Shown here: positions 45,411 to 54,368 of the stretch, piece by piece
Layout of the letters: every line of letters starts with the position of its first letter
How positions within the stretch are numbered: the stretch's first letter is position 1
Sequence record: OP079919.1
DNA from: Klebsiella phage KPN8
DNA: 64,000 bases
Strand: one strand, 5' to 3'
Notes under the pieces: generated by a model
What the model was told of the DNA's origin: nothing
What the model saw: only the letters and a program-made list of their open reading frames with translations
The model's database searches: none
Position numbers and translations under genes: made by a program

Positions 45411-46961
45411 GTGCGTAAGACGGTGGTCATTAACAAAGCGCACAATTACCTCAGAATAACGGATTATTCTGAGGAGTTTGTGAACAGAGTGATAATGCCG
45501 TTCTGTCGACGGTATCTTTATAAGTACAAAAAAGAACCTATCCCCGGGACGCGCAAAAGTAGAACAGTCGTGGATAAATGTTTTGCCCGCATGAATAATG
45601 ACAAAACGGAATTCCGTATATCGGCGGGTCTTCTAAAAGAATTCCTGAGTTTTATGGAATATTGCGGGTACGCTCCTAACAGGGTGGAAATCCGGGAGGT
45701 TCCTGAAATTGTTCCGGCGAGGATACATTTCGAATGGAATAAAGGATGGGGTGGGTATAAACCAGGGAGTGAGCAAGAACAGAAGGAATGGTGCGATTAC
45801 CAGATTGCTGACGGACCCATAAAAGTCAACAACGCCGGAACAGGTGTGGGTAAGAGCTTTTGTGCGACCAAGCTCATGGTCGACATGGGGGTTCGTGGAC
45901 TGATAACAGCGTTGCCTCGTTATATACCGATATGGTCCAAATGCTTGTTTCAATATTTGAAACTCTCGGTTGAAGACGTGGTCTATGTTGAATCTGGTGG
46001 GCTTGAGGAGTTAGCCGAAAACATTCAGAAGGGAATCATTAATCCCAAAATTATCATTCTCCCGTTAACCAGGATTGACTCGCACTATAAACGGATGAGG
46101 GAAGATGATACCGTTCCTGACTTAGATGAACTCTACGCTAAGATGGGAATCGGGCTGAGGATCATGGATGAAGGGCATGAATCTGTTTATCAGGTTTACA
46201 TGTCCATGCTTTACGGTAATTTCTCCAAGACCCTGGCGTTGTCAGCAACCCTGAAAGCCGATGATGCTTTACAGAACCGTATCTATTCGTACATCTATCC
46301 TCAAAGCATCCGCTTGAAGGACGGGGAATCGAAGAAATACATCGATGTTTATGCTTACCATCACTGGATTGACATTAGGAAGTTCAGGATTAACCCCAGA
46401 GGATTTGGGGGGTATAACCACGTGAAGTTCGAACAAGGGATTATGAAGTCCCCTTACCTGCTCGGTAGGTATTACGAACTCTGTAAACAGGCGTTTGAAG
46501 AGTTTTATGTCAAAGACTTGTTACCCGAGCAAAAAGCCCTCTGGTTCTTTGCGACGGTAGAAATGTGTGTCAACATGTTGGAGTTCTTTAAAAGGGACTA
46601 CCCGGAAATGGATTTCGGGAAATACACCAACGAGGAATCGTCTAAGGCAGATACCAAGGATAATTACCTCAAGCACCAAGTCTTGATTACCACTCCTCAG
46701 AGTTGCAGCACCGGTAAAGATATTGAGAAACTCTACGTTGCGTTTAGTCCCTATGCGGTTTCTTCTAAACAGCGTAACGCTCAGTCATTAGGGCGTTTAA
46801 GGGAAATAACGAAATGGTGGCCCGATCTTTCTCCTAAGTACGTTTACTTCGTTTGTCAGAACGTAGACAAGCAAGTTGACTACCATCGCAAGCGAATGGA
46901 GGAGTTCGCCAACAAAGCGAAGAGTATCACCAATATCAATAGCGGGCATTCCATTCCTTAG
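45411..46961 (+). CDS. SF2 DExH-box helicase
   Basis: Walker A NAGTGVGKSF, motif II IMDEGHE, motif III LSATL. GTG start with an AGGAG SD. Confidence 0.7.
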   Translation: MRKTVVINKAHNYLRITDYSEEFVNRVIMPFCRRYLYKYKKEPIPGTRKSRTVVDKCFARMNNDKTEFRISAGLLKEFLSFMEYCGYAPNRVEIREVPEIVPARIHFEWNKGWGGYKPGSEQEQKEWCDYQIADGPIKVNNAGTGVGKSFCATKLMVDMGVRGLITALPRYIPIWSKCLFQYLKLSVEDVVYVESGGLEELAENIQKGIINPKIIILPLTRIDSHYKRMREDDTVPDLDELYAKMGIGLRIMDEGHESVYQVYMSMLYGNFSKTLALSATLKADDALQNRIYSYIYPQSIRLKDGESKKYIDVYAYHHWIDIRKFRINPRGFGGYNHVKFEQGIMKSPYLLGRYYELCKQAFEEFYVKDLLPEQKALWFFATVEMCVNMLEFFKRDYPEMDFGKYTNEESSKADTKDNYLKHQVLITTPQSCSTGKDIEKLYVAFSPYAVSSKQRNAQSLGRLREITKWWPDLSPKYVYFVCQNVDKQVDYHRKRMEEFANKAKSITNINSGHSIP

Positions 46962-46993
46962 AATTTTTCAGTACTAAATTATGACTAGGTCAA

Positions 46994-47015
46994 GAGCTGA
47001 GGGTTTCCTCAGCTC
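46994..47015 (+). other. RNA hairpin (no T-run) in the 5' leader of the next gene
   Basis: GAGCTGAGG-GTTT-CCTCAGCTC 9-bp stem. Confidence 0.4.
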
Positions 47016-47053
47016 CCACCTATTATGCGTTTACAAATTTAGGAGGAACGACT

Positions 47054-47503
47054 ATGCGTTCCGTCATGATCATAAGAGCCGGAAAGGAGATCGAACCCTT
47101 TGCATTGGAAGCCTTGATCGCGGGCATTTTGGACTACACGGCGCATCAGAAACTTGAAGATGCGTATGAGATCATGGACTCTTTACTGTCGAACATTGTC
47201 ACGGATAGTTTGGACGAACTTAATGACAAAATGCTCGAACCCACCACTCGACCTCTTTCCATATACGAGAAGGAAAAATATCAGCATTATTTGAACGAAA
47301 AGAAGAACGAACGTTATATTCGTTTCTTCCAATTACGTCAGCGTACTCTGAGCGCTTTCTCGACGTTTCTTGAAAACTTTAACGACCCCATCCTATCTAT
47401 GTCTAAAGGTAATAATCTTTTACCCAAGTTGGAAGCCGAACGAAATAATATTTTGTTCGTCTCATTAGAGCAGAAGAAGAATGGAACCAAAACAAAACAA
47501 TAG
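47054..47503 (+). CDS. hypothetical protein
   Basis: Strong SD TAGGAGGAACG. Confidence 0.6.
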   Translation: MRSVMIIRAGKEIEPFALEALIAGILDYTAHQKLEDAYEIMDSLLSNIVTDSLDELNDKMLEPTTRPLSIYEKEKYQHYLNEKKNERYIRFFQLRQRTLSAFSTFLENFNDPILSMSKGNNLLPKLEAERNNILFVSLEQKKNGTKTKQ

Positions 47504-47879
47504 CCTGATTTCGGTATTGCGATCTCGCTCCAATTATTCTGAGGAAGGAGGCTTGGTAGCTGGAGAATATCTGGCGGATTATTTTGAAAACGCCATTATT
47601 CAAGAGCATATGGATTTGGGTTATTTAAGAAACATGTGTTATGAACAGGCGTTAATGGGCAACAGGTCATTAACAAAACCGGGCTGGATGCATCCAGCCC
47701 TCTCTTACGACGCAAGTGACGTCTGTGACGATTTATTTACAGAAGCGATGGAAATACTCGCTGAAGTTAATAATGACGTCACAGAGGCTCTGAATTGCAT
47801 TAATTCCATTTCCTTTAAACGTACTTCCCGGCTCCTCTTTAGTACCGGAAGTGTAATTATGATAAAAACCCAATGGTAA
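47481..47879 (+). CDS. hypothetical protein
   Basis: Overlaps the previous gene by 23 nt. 132 aa. Confidence 0.45.
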   Translation: MEPKQNNSLISVLRSRSNYSEEGGLVAGEYLADYFENAIIQEHMDLGYLRNMCYEQALMGNRSLTKPGWMHPALSYDASDVCDDLFTEAMEILAEVNNDVTEALNCINSISFKRTSRLLFSTGSVIMIKTQW

Positions 47880-48244
47880 ACAGAATAAGAAGTTTGGTTA
47901 GGGTCAGTGTCCCAGCAGACATCCCCTGGGCTTCTGATTCGAGGTTGTACCACGCCAGCGCACTTTTCTTTGAACGCTGGATTTACTATGGTGATTTCTC
48001 TCCTGAAGCTTACGACGAACTCTTTATCGATGTCGAATCTTTATTTGAGAAACCACCGAAATTAGATGTCAATGAGATGTTTGATGAATGTTTACTCTTA
48101 GTGGAAAACATTCGTAATGACGAACTTAACAGTGAAGTGAAACATCTTATTGAGAGCAGTCGTTTTAAGGTATCGGTTGAGGGCACGAAGCTCATCAATT
48201 GGGATCATCAACGCTTTTTAATCTTAGTGGAAACTTTAACATGA
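47873..48244 (+). CDS. hypothetical protein
   Basis: 123-aa ORF overlapping the previous stop. Confidence 0.45.
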   Translation: MVNRIRSLVRVSVPADIPWASDSRLYHASALFFERWIYYGDFSPEAYDELFIDVESLFEKPPKLDVNEMFDECLLLVENIRNDELNSEVKHLIESSRFKVSVEGTKLINWDHQRFLILVETLT

Positions 48245-48690
48245 GTAGAAAATCTATTGTACTGCGTCTTCCGGCTTCAACTGTTGCCGACCTCAAGGAA
48301 TTCGACGAAGAAGCGCAACTGCTTCTCCTTACTACCGGCCTGACTCTGGCCAAACGACCTGCTCAGGAGCTCGTTAAAGAAGACGAGGATACCGACCCTC
48401 GCTCCATCATTTCCAAAGAGGTCGATGATATCCTCGAAACCATCGACGACAATTACGACGATGACGATTCTGACGGCGATGATGAATCGGCAGAAGCCCG
48501 TAAGGATGAACAACGTACGGTGATTCATCAGCAAATGGCTGACTTCATCGAAGAGTTTGTTGGGTTGCTGACCGACCCTCAAAGTGAAAACTGCGGCGTA
48601 TTGGCGGCCATCGCGCTGGAAGAACTCGACACACCTATCAGCTGGGCTGCTGATGACAAAACTGGCCTGACCACGATTGTATACGGCTGA
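48241..48690 (+). CDS. highly acidic hypothetical protein (~150 aa)
   Basis: ATGA overlap start (MSRKSIVLRL). Contains TIDDNYDDDDSDGDDESAEARKDEQ. Start preferred over the 48199 ATG. Confidence 0.5.
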   Translation: MSRKSIVLRLPASTVADLKEFDEEAQLLLLTTGLTLAKRPAQELVKEDEDTDPRSIISKEVDDILETIDDNYDDDDSDGDDESAEARKDEQRTVIHQQMADFIEEFVGLLTDPQSENCGVLAAIALEELDTPISWAADDKTGLTTIVYG

Positions 48691-48693
48691 CAG

Positions 48694-48740
48694 TAATCCT
48701 CCTACCCCAATGGGGTAGGAGGATTAGCTTATTTATTTTT
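48694..48740. terminator. bidirectional terminator
   Basis: TAATCCTCCTACCCC-AAT-GGGGTAGGAGGATTA 15-bp stem followed by GCTTATTTATTTTTTTTTT. Confidence 0.8.
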
Positions 48741-48745
48741 TTTTT

Positions 48746-50038
48746 CTAGAAAAGTGAATCGTAAAGATTGAGTACCGTTGTTTCTACTTTAGAAACGTGG
48801 GCGTTTTTCATCTTAGTTAACATAAACCGGGTTGGGATGTTAACAACTTCACTACTTAAACGGCTGGCTGATTTACCCAAAGAAACCCCGCAACAAACCT
48901 TGCAGTGGTTATCTTCTTTTGTCTGACAGAGATAAGGAACGCGCATCTTAACCGTACTACCTATCATTTCGGTCTCATTCCCCTCCAGAACGGTCGGTTT
49001 ACCATTCTTAAGGTAATATCCCCCCTTCCAGTTCTTGAGGCTGTAAGGGTCGATATAGACGTCCTCTGTATAGGTTGTTCCGCAATCGTCTTCAGCTACA
49101 ACGATTCGTGAGGTTAACCGCATCAGTTCTTTAACCCCTGCGCCACCTTCACCCGTTGCCTTACCACGGTCATAGGACGCGGAAACTGCGGTATTGATGT
49201 AGTGGGTAATTTGGTCGTAATTCCAAATCTCATTAAGGGGTTGTTTTATCAGAATAAACTCACCCGTGTTAAAGTCCCTTTCCAGACCAAAGACCAGGAA
49301 CATTTTCTTACGGGCGTTATCGATAAATTTCTTATCGATGAAGAAGTCAGAAGAAGCGCCGTTCAATTGCTCTTCCATGTCGAGGTCTACGATCTGTTTG
49401 ATGATGTTCGCTGCGACAATGGGGTCGTTTAACTCATGGGCGTGTTCTTTAAACAATCTCTCTCTTAGTGCAATGACCGCTTTACTTACGGTAACCGCCT
49501 GAATACTCCCGGCTTTAGTAAAGATATCATTTAAGCCCATCAGATAGTTGGCTTGTTTAGTAAGCTTAAGACACTCGGTCACGCTTGCTTTACCGGCCGG
49601 TATCTCTTCACCCGGCTGAGGGTCATCTACCATTAATTCGGCGATGACGTCTTCCACTAATCTACCGGTTATGAGTTTATTGTGATACGGAGTCCGGTTT
49701 TGGAATACTTCCCAGAAAAGACATCTGTTAAGCAATAAGATCCCCATCGTTGTGGTGACGCTCCCCTCAATACTCGGGTGCCATTTATTGTCTATCACCA
49801 ACTTCTCGTGTTTGTAGAATAGCGGGTAAGCGAGATCCCCTTCTATTTCTATCGTGTCCCCGTCATCGTTATAACACCAAAATCCGTTAGGGCTGCGATG
49901 AAGGAACCAGGGGGTTTTACCTAACAGAGTCTCGTTCTTTGCATTATCAGTAAGAACAGAAAAGGTACTCAGTATCCAGAGTTTCTTTTGATACATACGT
50001 CTCTCAAAACACTGGAAGAGGTAATCGATCTTATTCAT
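48746..50038 (-). CDS. RNA polymerase beta-prime-like fragment (paralog of part of the 43415 gene), candidate subunit of a second phage RNAP
   Basis: The C-terminal VKMRVPYLCQTKEDNHCKVCCGVSLGKSASRLSSEVVNIPTRFMLTKMKNAHVS aligns to INMRSVKGCLTHKPGEPCGVCYGKMKAS...SATAIAERIGQALLSTKHFMRHTQT of the 43415 protein. The protein ends shortly after this segment. Confidence 0.45.
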   Translation of the reverse strand: MNKIDYLFQCFERRMYQKKLWILSTFSVLTDNAKNETLLGKTPWFLHRSPNGFWCYNDDGDTIEIEGDLAYPLFYKHEKLVIDNKWHPSIEGSVTTTMGILLLNRCLFWEVFQNRTPYHNKLITGRLVEDVIAELMVDDPQPGEEIPAGKASVTECLKLTKQANYLMGLNDIFTKAGSIQAVTVSKAVIALRERLFKEHAHELNDPIVAANIIKQIVDLDMEEQLNGASSDFFIDKKFIDNARKKMFLVFGLERDFNTGEFILIKQPLNEIWNYDQITHYINTAVSASYDRGKATGEGGAGVKELMRLTSRIVVAEDDCGTTYTEDVYIDPYSLKNWKGGYYLKNGKPTVLEGNETEMIGSTVKMRVPYLCQTKEDNHCKVCCGVSLGKSASRLSSEVVNIPTRFMLTKMKNAHVSKVETTVLNLYDSLF

Positions 50039-50915
50039 TGGTTAACCCCAGCTTTTTCACTAATCCGTCAGCGTAGTACAGACTTTCCACATCAGAGAAA
50101 TCTTCTCCTAAGCGAGCAGAGAGTTTATCGAGGAAACTCTCATTGGTAATCCCGCTGCACAGCATCAAACAAATGATTTCTTTAATGTATTTTTTAGGTT
50201 CAGTCTCTTTCATCTCGTTGAGTCGATCAAGATAGTACTTGTAAATAACCAACCACCCGATACCTAATTTGCCCGCGCTAACAACGTGTTCCCACGCCAA
50301 CGTTCCGCGTAAGAATTCTTTATTGCCCCTGACTCGGTCGCTGACGTATTGAGGGACTTCAACGTCAGCATCAGGGTTAATCAACGACGTCCTTAAAACC
50401 TCTAACAGATGTTCAGAGACGTCAGAGATAATCATTTCGTACAGGCTGGTGTCTTCCAGATCAAGGAGCTTTTCGATCACCGCTATAAAACGATCTTTTG
50501 TTTCTAAGTCGGTCGCTTCCAAAATAACACTCAGGGACAGAAGGTCCTCGTAACCATCAAGAATATAGGCGACGTCGATGATATTAGTAAGCAAGGGAAG
50601 ATGATCTATGGTGATCTGATCTTTATCAATCTCAACGCCAAGTTCTGTGATGATTTGAATACTATTAGCGATGAGGATATCCCTTATAGCGTTAGTCTGT
50701 TCAATGACCGTCATCCCTTCATCAATGAGTATTTCCAGGATTTGACTTTGTACGGTTGTTTCTTCCTGACTAATCGCAATTAAATTATACGCTTTATCGA
50801 ATGTATTGAAATTAAATTCGGTAATAGATTTAGCAAAGGCCAACCAGGTTTCTCCTAACTCAGATGTCAGGATACTGGCTTCAGTGAGGTCTATTGCTCG
50901 TTTTTCAAAAATCAT
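50031..50915 (-). CDS. hypothetical acidic protein (294 aa)
   Basis: Immediately upstream of 48746 on the minus strand, overlapping by 8 nt. Confidence 0.55.
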   Translation of the reverse strand: MIFEKRAIDLTEASILTSELGETWLAFAKSITEFNFNTFDKAYNLIAISQEETTVQSQILEILIDEGMTVIEQTNAIRDILIANSIQIITELGVEIDKDQITIDHLPLLTNIIDVAYILDGYEDLLSLSVILEATDLETKDRFIAVIEKLLDLEDTSLYEMIISDVSEHLLEVLRTSLINPDADVEVPQYVSDRVRGNKEFLRGTLAWEHVVSAGKLGIGWLVIYKYYLDRLNEMKETEPKKYIKEIICLMLCSGITNESFLDKLSARLGEDFSDVESLYYADGLVKKLGLTNE

Positions 50916-50958
50916 GGTTTAACCCCTGCTAAAGGTCGTGGGTAATAGGAGACATAAA

Positions 50959-51666
50959 ATGCGTAGTAGCCAGCAGAAAGCCAAGGCTAGTCACAAGAAA
51001 GCGATCAAAAATACTCACCGCAAGAAAAACTGCAGCGGAAAGAAGATCGTTTTAACTAAGAAACAGAAAGAAAGAAAAATGATTGAAACGGTCACTGCTA
51101 TGGCGAAAGCCGGGGATGTCTCCAGTGTTCAATTACTGGCTGCTGCCAGCGCCAAAGCTAAGGGTGTTAAATCGGGAGAGCTTAAGACCAAGCAGCTTAT
51201 CGAGCTGGTAGATGAAAATATTCAACAGCTCATTATCTCTCACGCTCTTGTGGAAGGCATTGCCGAATGTTTAGATGAAGGGCTTATCGAAGATCCTGAT
51301 AATTCCATCTCTGATAAAGTCAAGGAATGCGACGAATTGACTGTACGTTGGATGGAAGACGCTAACGCCGTTATTGCGCTCAGCCACACCGAACTCATTC
51401 CGGAAGATTACGTCGATATGGCCATTAGTTTTATGGCCAGCACTATCGGTATCATGTCCGATAGCTACCCTCGACTCATCGAATTAACCGAAGATATGAA
51501 ATCAGTCATTAATAAGAAAATGGCTGAGATCATCGATGCGGTGAAAGCTGACTATCCGGAAGCTACTGAATTCGAACAGGTCTCCAAAATTCACCAGAAA
51601 CGGATGATGAAAATCATGCCGCTTTACGGGACCCCAGCGCCTGTAGAAGAAACTGAAACCGTTTAA
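50959..51666 (+). CDS. hypothetical protein with a basic N-terminus (start 50959 preferred)
   Basis: AGGAG 9 nt upstream of the ATG (MRSSQQKAKASHKK). The ORF track's 50938 ATG lacks an SD. Confidence 0.55.
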   Translation: MRSSQQKAKASHKKAIKNTHRKKNCSGKKIVLTKKQKERKMIETVTAMAKAGDVSSVQLLAAASAKAKGVKSGELKTKQLIELVDENIQQLIISHALVEGIAECLDEGLIEDPDNSISDKVKECDELTVRWMEDANAVIALSHTELIPEDYVDMAISFMASTIGIMSDSYPRLIELTEDMKSVINKKMAEIIDAVKADYPEATEFEQVSKIHQKRMMKIMPLYGTPAPVEETETV

Positions 51667-51683
51667 TCATAGGACCGATATTT

Positions 51684-53300
51684 ATGTCTGAAGAAAACAA
51701 CATTCCGGCCCAAGGGACGGCGCACGACAAGAACAACCACACGATGAGTCAGTTCCAGGAACCCAAAGATCTCAAGTTGGGGGTGTTCGATCCAAAAGAA
51801 GATAATAATTTCATTAAGATCTTCTTAGGTGTTGACTCAGAAGAGTACAAGAAACTCTCTGGGCTTATCTCAAGGTGGTTGGAGTACAACTTTACCCTTA
51901 ACGAGCCCAACGCCAAACCGGCCCAGATTAACGCGGTTAAAGACAAATACTTCGGGTATCTCAAAGAACAGTACCCGAACAAAACAGAAGAAGAGGTTAA
52001 CGAGCTGGCTCAGTCATACTACAGCTTCGCAACCAACTTCACTGAAAATCTGTACCGCCGGAACGAAACCGTTAATGGGGCGAAAACGACTAACGTCTCT
52101 TTAAAAGCCCAGGGTATCGTCGAGGGAGACATCGTTGGCCGCGCACCAGGGTTGGGTAAAAAGCTCCCTATGCGCGATATGATGCGCCGCCATTTCCGTC
52201 GCACCACTAACGAAGCGGAAAACTTCGACGTTCTCCTGCGTAACTCATTTATTCAGTTACGTATTTCCCGCCCAACCATTCTGGAACTGGGGCGTCTGCT
52301 GGAAGACATTCAGCTCGAAGTGAAAAACTACGTTCGTCAGGTTAATGGTAACTCATTAACTCTCGCTCGTACTTCTATCGCTCGGGTTATTTGGAAATTC
52401 GTTTCTGATCGCATCGTATCCTGCTCCGTCAAAGATACCGACGATTATTACGATCTCGCTAACAACATCCTTTGGAGTGACTTTGGTGCGCTTTGCATCT
52501 CGTTACTTTCCGCATCGTCGTCCAAGGGTGTGAATTTTCAACTCGAGTGTCTTGCGAACAACTGCGACTGGGAAGAGTATCAGGTTATTGATCCTTCTCT
52601 CTTGCTTCGTCCTATTCCTGAGAATCTTTCAGAAGAGCAGTCTATCGCTCTGGGTAATATCGTTAACGGGGTTCAGCGTTATTCCCGTGAAGAGATTACT
52701 AAGCTTCAGAATAAGACCAAGTACGATTTCGATACCAAATTGATGTTCGACGAAGGCCGGCAGTATTTTGAAATCGCTCCTCCTACGCTGTCCGTTGCGT
52801 TTGAAACCTTCGACATGTTCGTCGATAAAGTCATCCCTTCGATTCAGCAATTGCGCGCTAACACCATCAACGATCAGGAGTATGCCGTTGCTCTGGCTAA
52901 CCTCATCCAGAGTATCGCCGGTAGCGAATACGCCCATTGGGTCAAATCCTACGTGATTAACCCGGAGAGCGGCACAGACGGCGCGCCTACTAAGTATGAT
53001 CGTTTAGGTGAAGGTGGGTCTCGTGAGTTTAATGAAGGTCTCTTTGATATCCTCGATAGCGATGTTGAACTTTCCCAAGAACTCATCAAAAAGATCAACC
53101 GTATCGGTCCATCGATGACACTCACCATCATCGGGGTGCCGAACTATCATTGCCCTCGTTGCGCAAAATCAAGTTCTGAAAGCGGTATCACTTATAAAGG
53201 CATCACCCCTATCGATCCGCTTATGGCTTTTTTTACCCTAACCCAGTTGATGTTTATGGATCGGGTGGTGAATCTAAGCGGTCTCGACGCAACCCCTTAG
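51684..53300 (+). CDS. hypothetical protein (538 aa)
   Basis: SD AGGA. Contains CPRCAKSS. No motif recognised. Confidence 0.6.
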   Translation: MSEENNIPAQGTAHDKNNHTMSQFQEPKDLKLGVFDPKEDNNFIKIFLGVDSEEYKKLSGLISRWLEYNFTLNEPNAKPAQINAVKDKYFGYLKEQYPNKTEEEVNELAQSYYSFATNFTENLYRRNETVNGAKTTNVSLKAQGIVEGDIVGRAPGLGKKLPMRDMMRRHFRRTTNEAENFDVLLRNSFIQLRISRPTILELGRLLEDIQLEVKNYVRQVNGNSLTLARTSIARVIWKFVSDRIVSCSVKDTDDYYDLANNILWSDFGALCISLLSASSSKGVNFQLECLANNCDWEEYQVIDPSLLLRPIPENLSEEQSIALGNIVNGVQRYSREEITKLQNKTKYDFDTKLMFDEGRQYFEIAPPTLSVAFETFDMFVDKVIPSIQQLRANTINDQEYAVALANLIQSIAGSEYAHWVKSYVINPESGTDGAPTKYDRLGEGGSREFNEGLFDILDSDVELSQELIKKINRIGPSMTLTIIGVPNYHCPRCAKSSSESGITYKGITPIDPLMAFFTLTQLMFMDRVVNLSGLDATP

Positions 53301-53319
53301 AGCTAACTACCTTTACTAA

Positions 53320-53343
53320 CTCGCCTGATTATCTGCAGGCGAG
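53320..53343 (+). other. RNA hairpin overlapping the SD region of the next gene
   Basis: CTCGCCTG-(8 nt)-CAGGCGAG 8-bp stem ending 4 nt before the ATG at 53348. Confidence 0.4.
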
Positions 53344-53347
53344 TAAA

Positions 53348-53737
53348 ATGTTCTTAGGGAAGTCCATTAAAACGATCACCCGCACAGAACTCAACGTCAT
53401 CGATAGCAAATTAAATCGTATCGGCATGGGGTATGTGGGGCTGAGTAAAATGACTCCCTTCGATCCTATCAGTTGGGTAGAGGAAGAGCATGAGTATACT
53501 CACCCGTTCAGTCTTCAACGTCGCTTTTACGACTACGGTTATTTCCGCCTAAAAGAAATCTTTACGTTAAACGAATACTTAAACATGGAAGCTTACCTTT
53601 TGGATAAGGCGATGAAGTACATTCGTTTAGGGGCCGATTCCAGATTAAAAGATGAAATCAGGCTCAATAAAGATAAAGCTGAGCCGGAAGCCAGTGAGGT
53701 CGAAAAAGTCATGAAAAACCTATTAGGTAAAGGATAG
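53348..53737 (+). CDS. hypothetical protein
   Basis: 129-aa ORF. Confidence 0.5.
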   Translation: MFLGKSIKTITRTELNVIDSKLNRIGMGYVGLSKMTPFDPISWVEEEHEYTHPFSLQRRFYDYGYFRLKEIFTLNEYLNMEAYLLDKAMKYIRLGADSRLKDEIRLNKDKAEPEASEVEKVMKNLLGKG

Positions 53738-53742
53738 CGATT

Positions 53743-54324
53743 ATGTCTTATTCCAAACCTTCAAGTACTTCTATCACGCCAACCAATAAGGTGATTGAAG
53801 AAACCGAAGAAGCCGTTCAGCAACAAATCACCTTAGAAAAAGAAAATGTTCCTACCGTCGTCCTTGCCAGTGAGATGGTGGGTTCTAAAAGTAACGCAGT
53901 GACTGACGTTTTCGTAGAGGCCCTGACACGCTATAAAAACGTATTAGCCGGTAACCTTGTTCTTAACAAATCCCAGCTCAAAGAAGAGCAGGCTGCGTTT
54001 ATGAACACAGTGAGTAACACGATGAATCTTGAGTTTAAAGATTACGTGTTAACCACCGATGCGTTGGTTCTTTTAATGCGTGATAACAAAGAAGCCTTCA
54101 ACGAAAAGCGTCTGTACGAACTGTTTTATTATGTTCAAGCCGACTACTCTAAGAAGGCAGCTGAACGTTACATGCGTTACATGTCGGCTTTGTATACCCT
54201 GTCCCAAAACCTTCGTAACCGTTCTCGAATCGGTAAGATGGTGGACATTGTCAGTCTTTCCTCTGGCTATACAACTAAAGCCGCTACGAATATCCAGAAT
54301 TACTTCAACCGTAATTACGGTTAA
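53743..54324 (+). CDS. hypothetical protein
   Basis: SD AAAGGATAGCG. 193 aa. Confidence 0.6.
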   Translation: MSYSKPSSTSITPTNKVIEETEEAVQQQITLEKENVPTVVLASEMVGSKSNAVTDVFVEALTRYKNVLAGNLVLNKSQLKEEQAAFMNTVSNTMNLEFKDYVLTTDALVLLMRDNKEAFNEKRLYELFYYVQADYSKKAAERYMRYMSALYTLSQNLRNRSRIGKMVDIVSLSSGYTTKAATNIQNYFNRNYG

Positions 54325-54334
54325 TACTACTCCT

Positions 54335-54366
54335 ACTACTCCTACCGCCAAGGCGGTAGGAGTAGT
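54335..54366. terminator. bidirectional terminator hairpin
   Basis: ACTACTCCTACCGCC-AA-GGCGGTAGGAGTAGT 15-bp stem between convergent genes. Confidence 0.7.
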
Positions 54367-54368
54367 AT

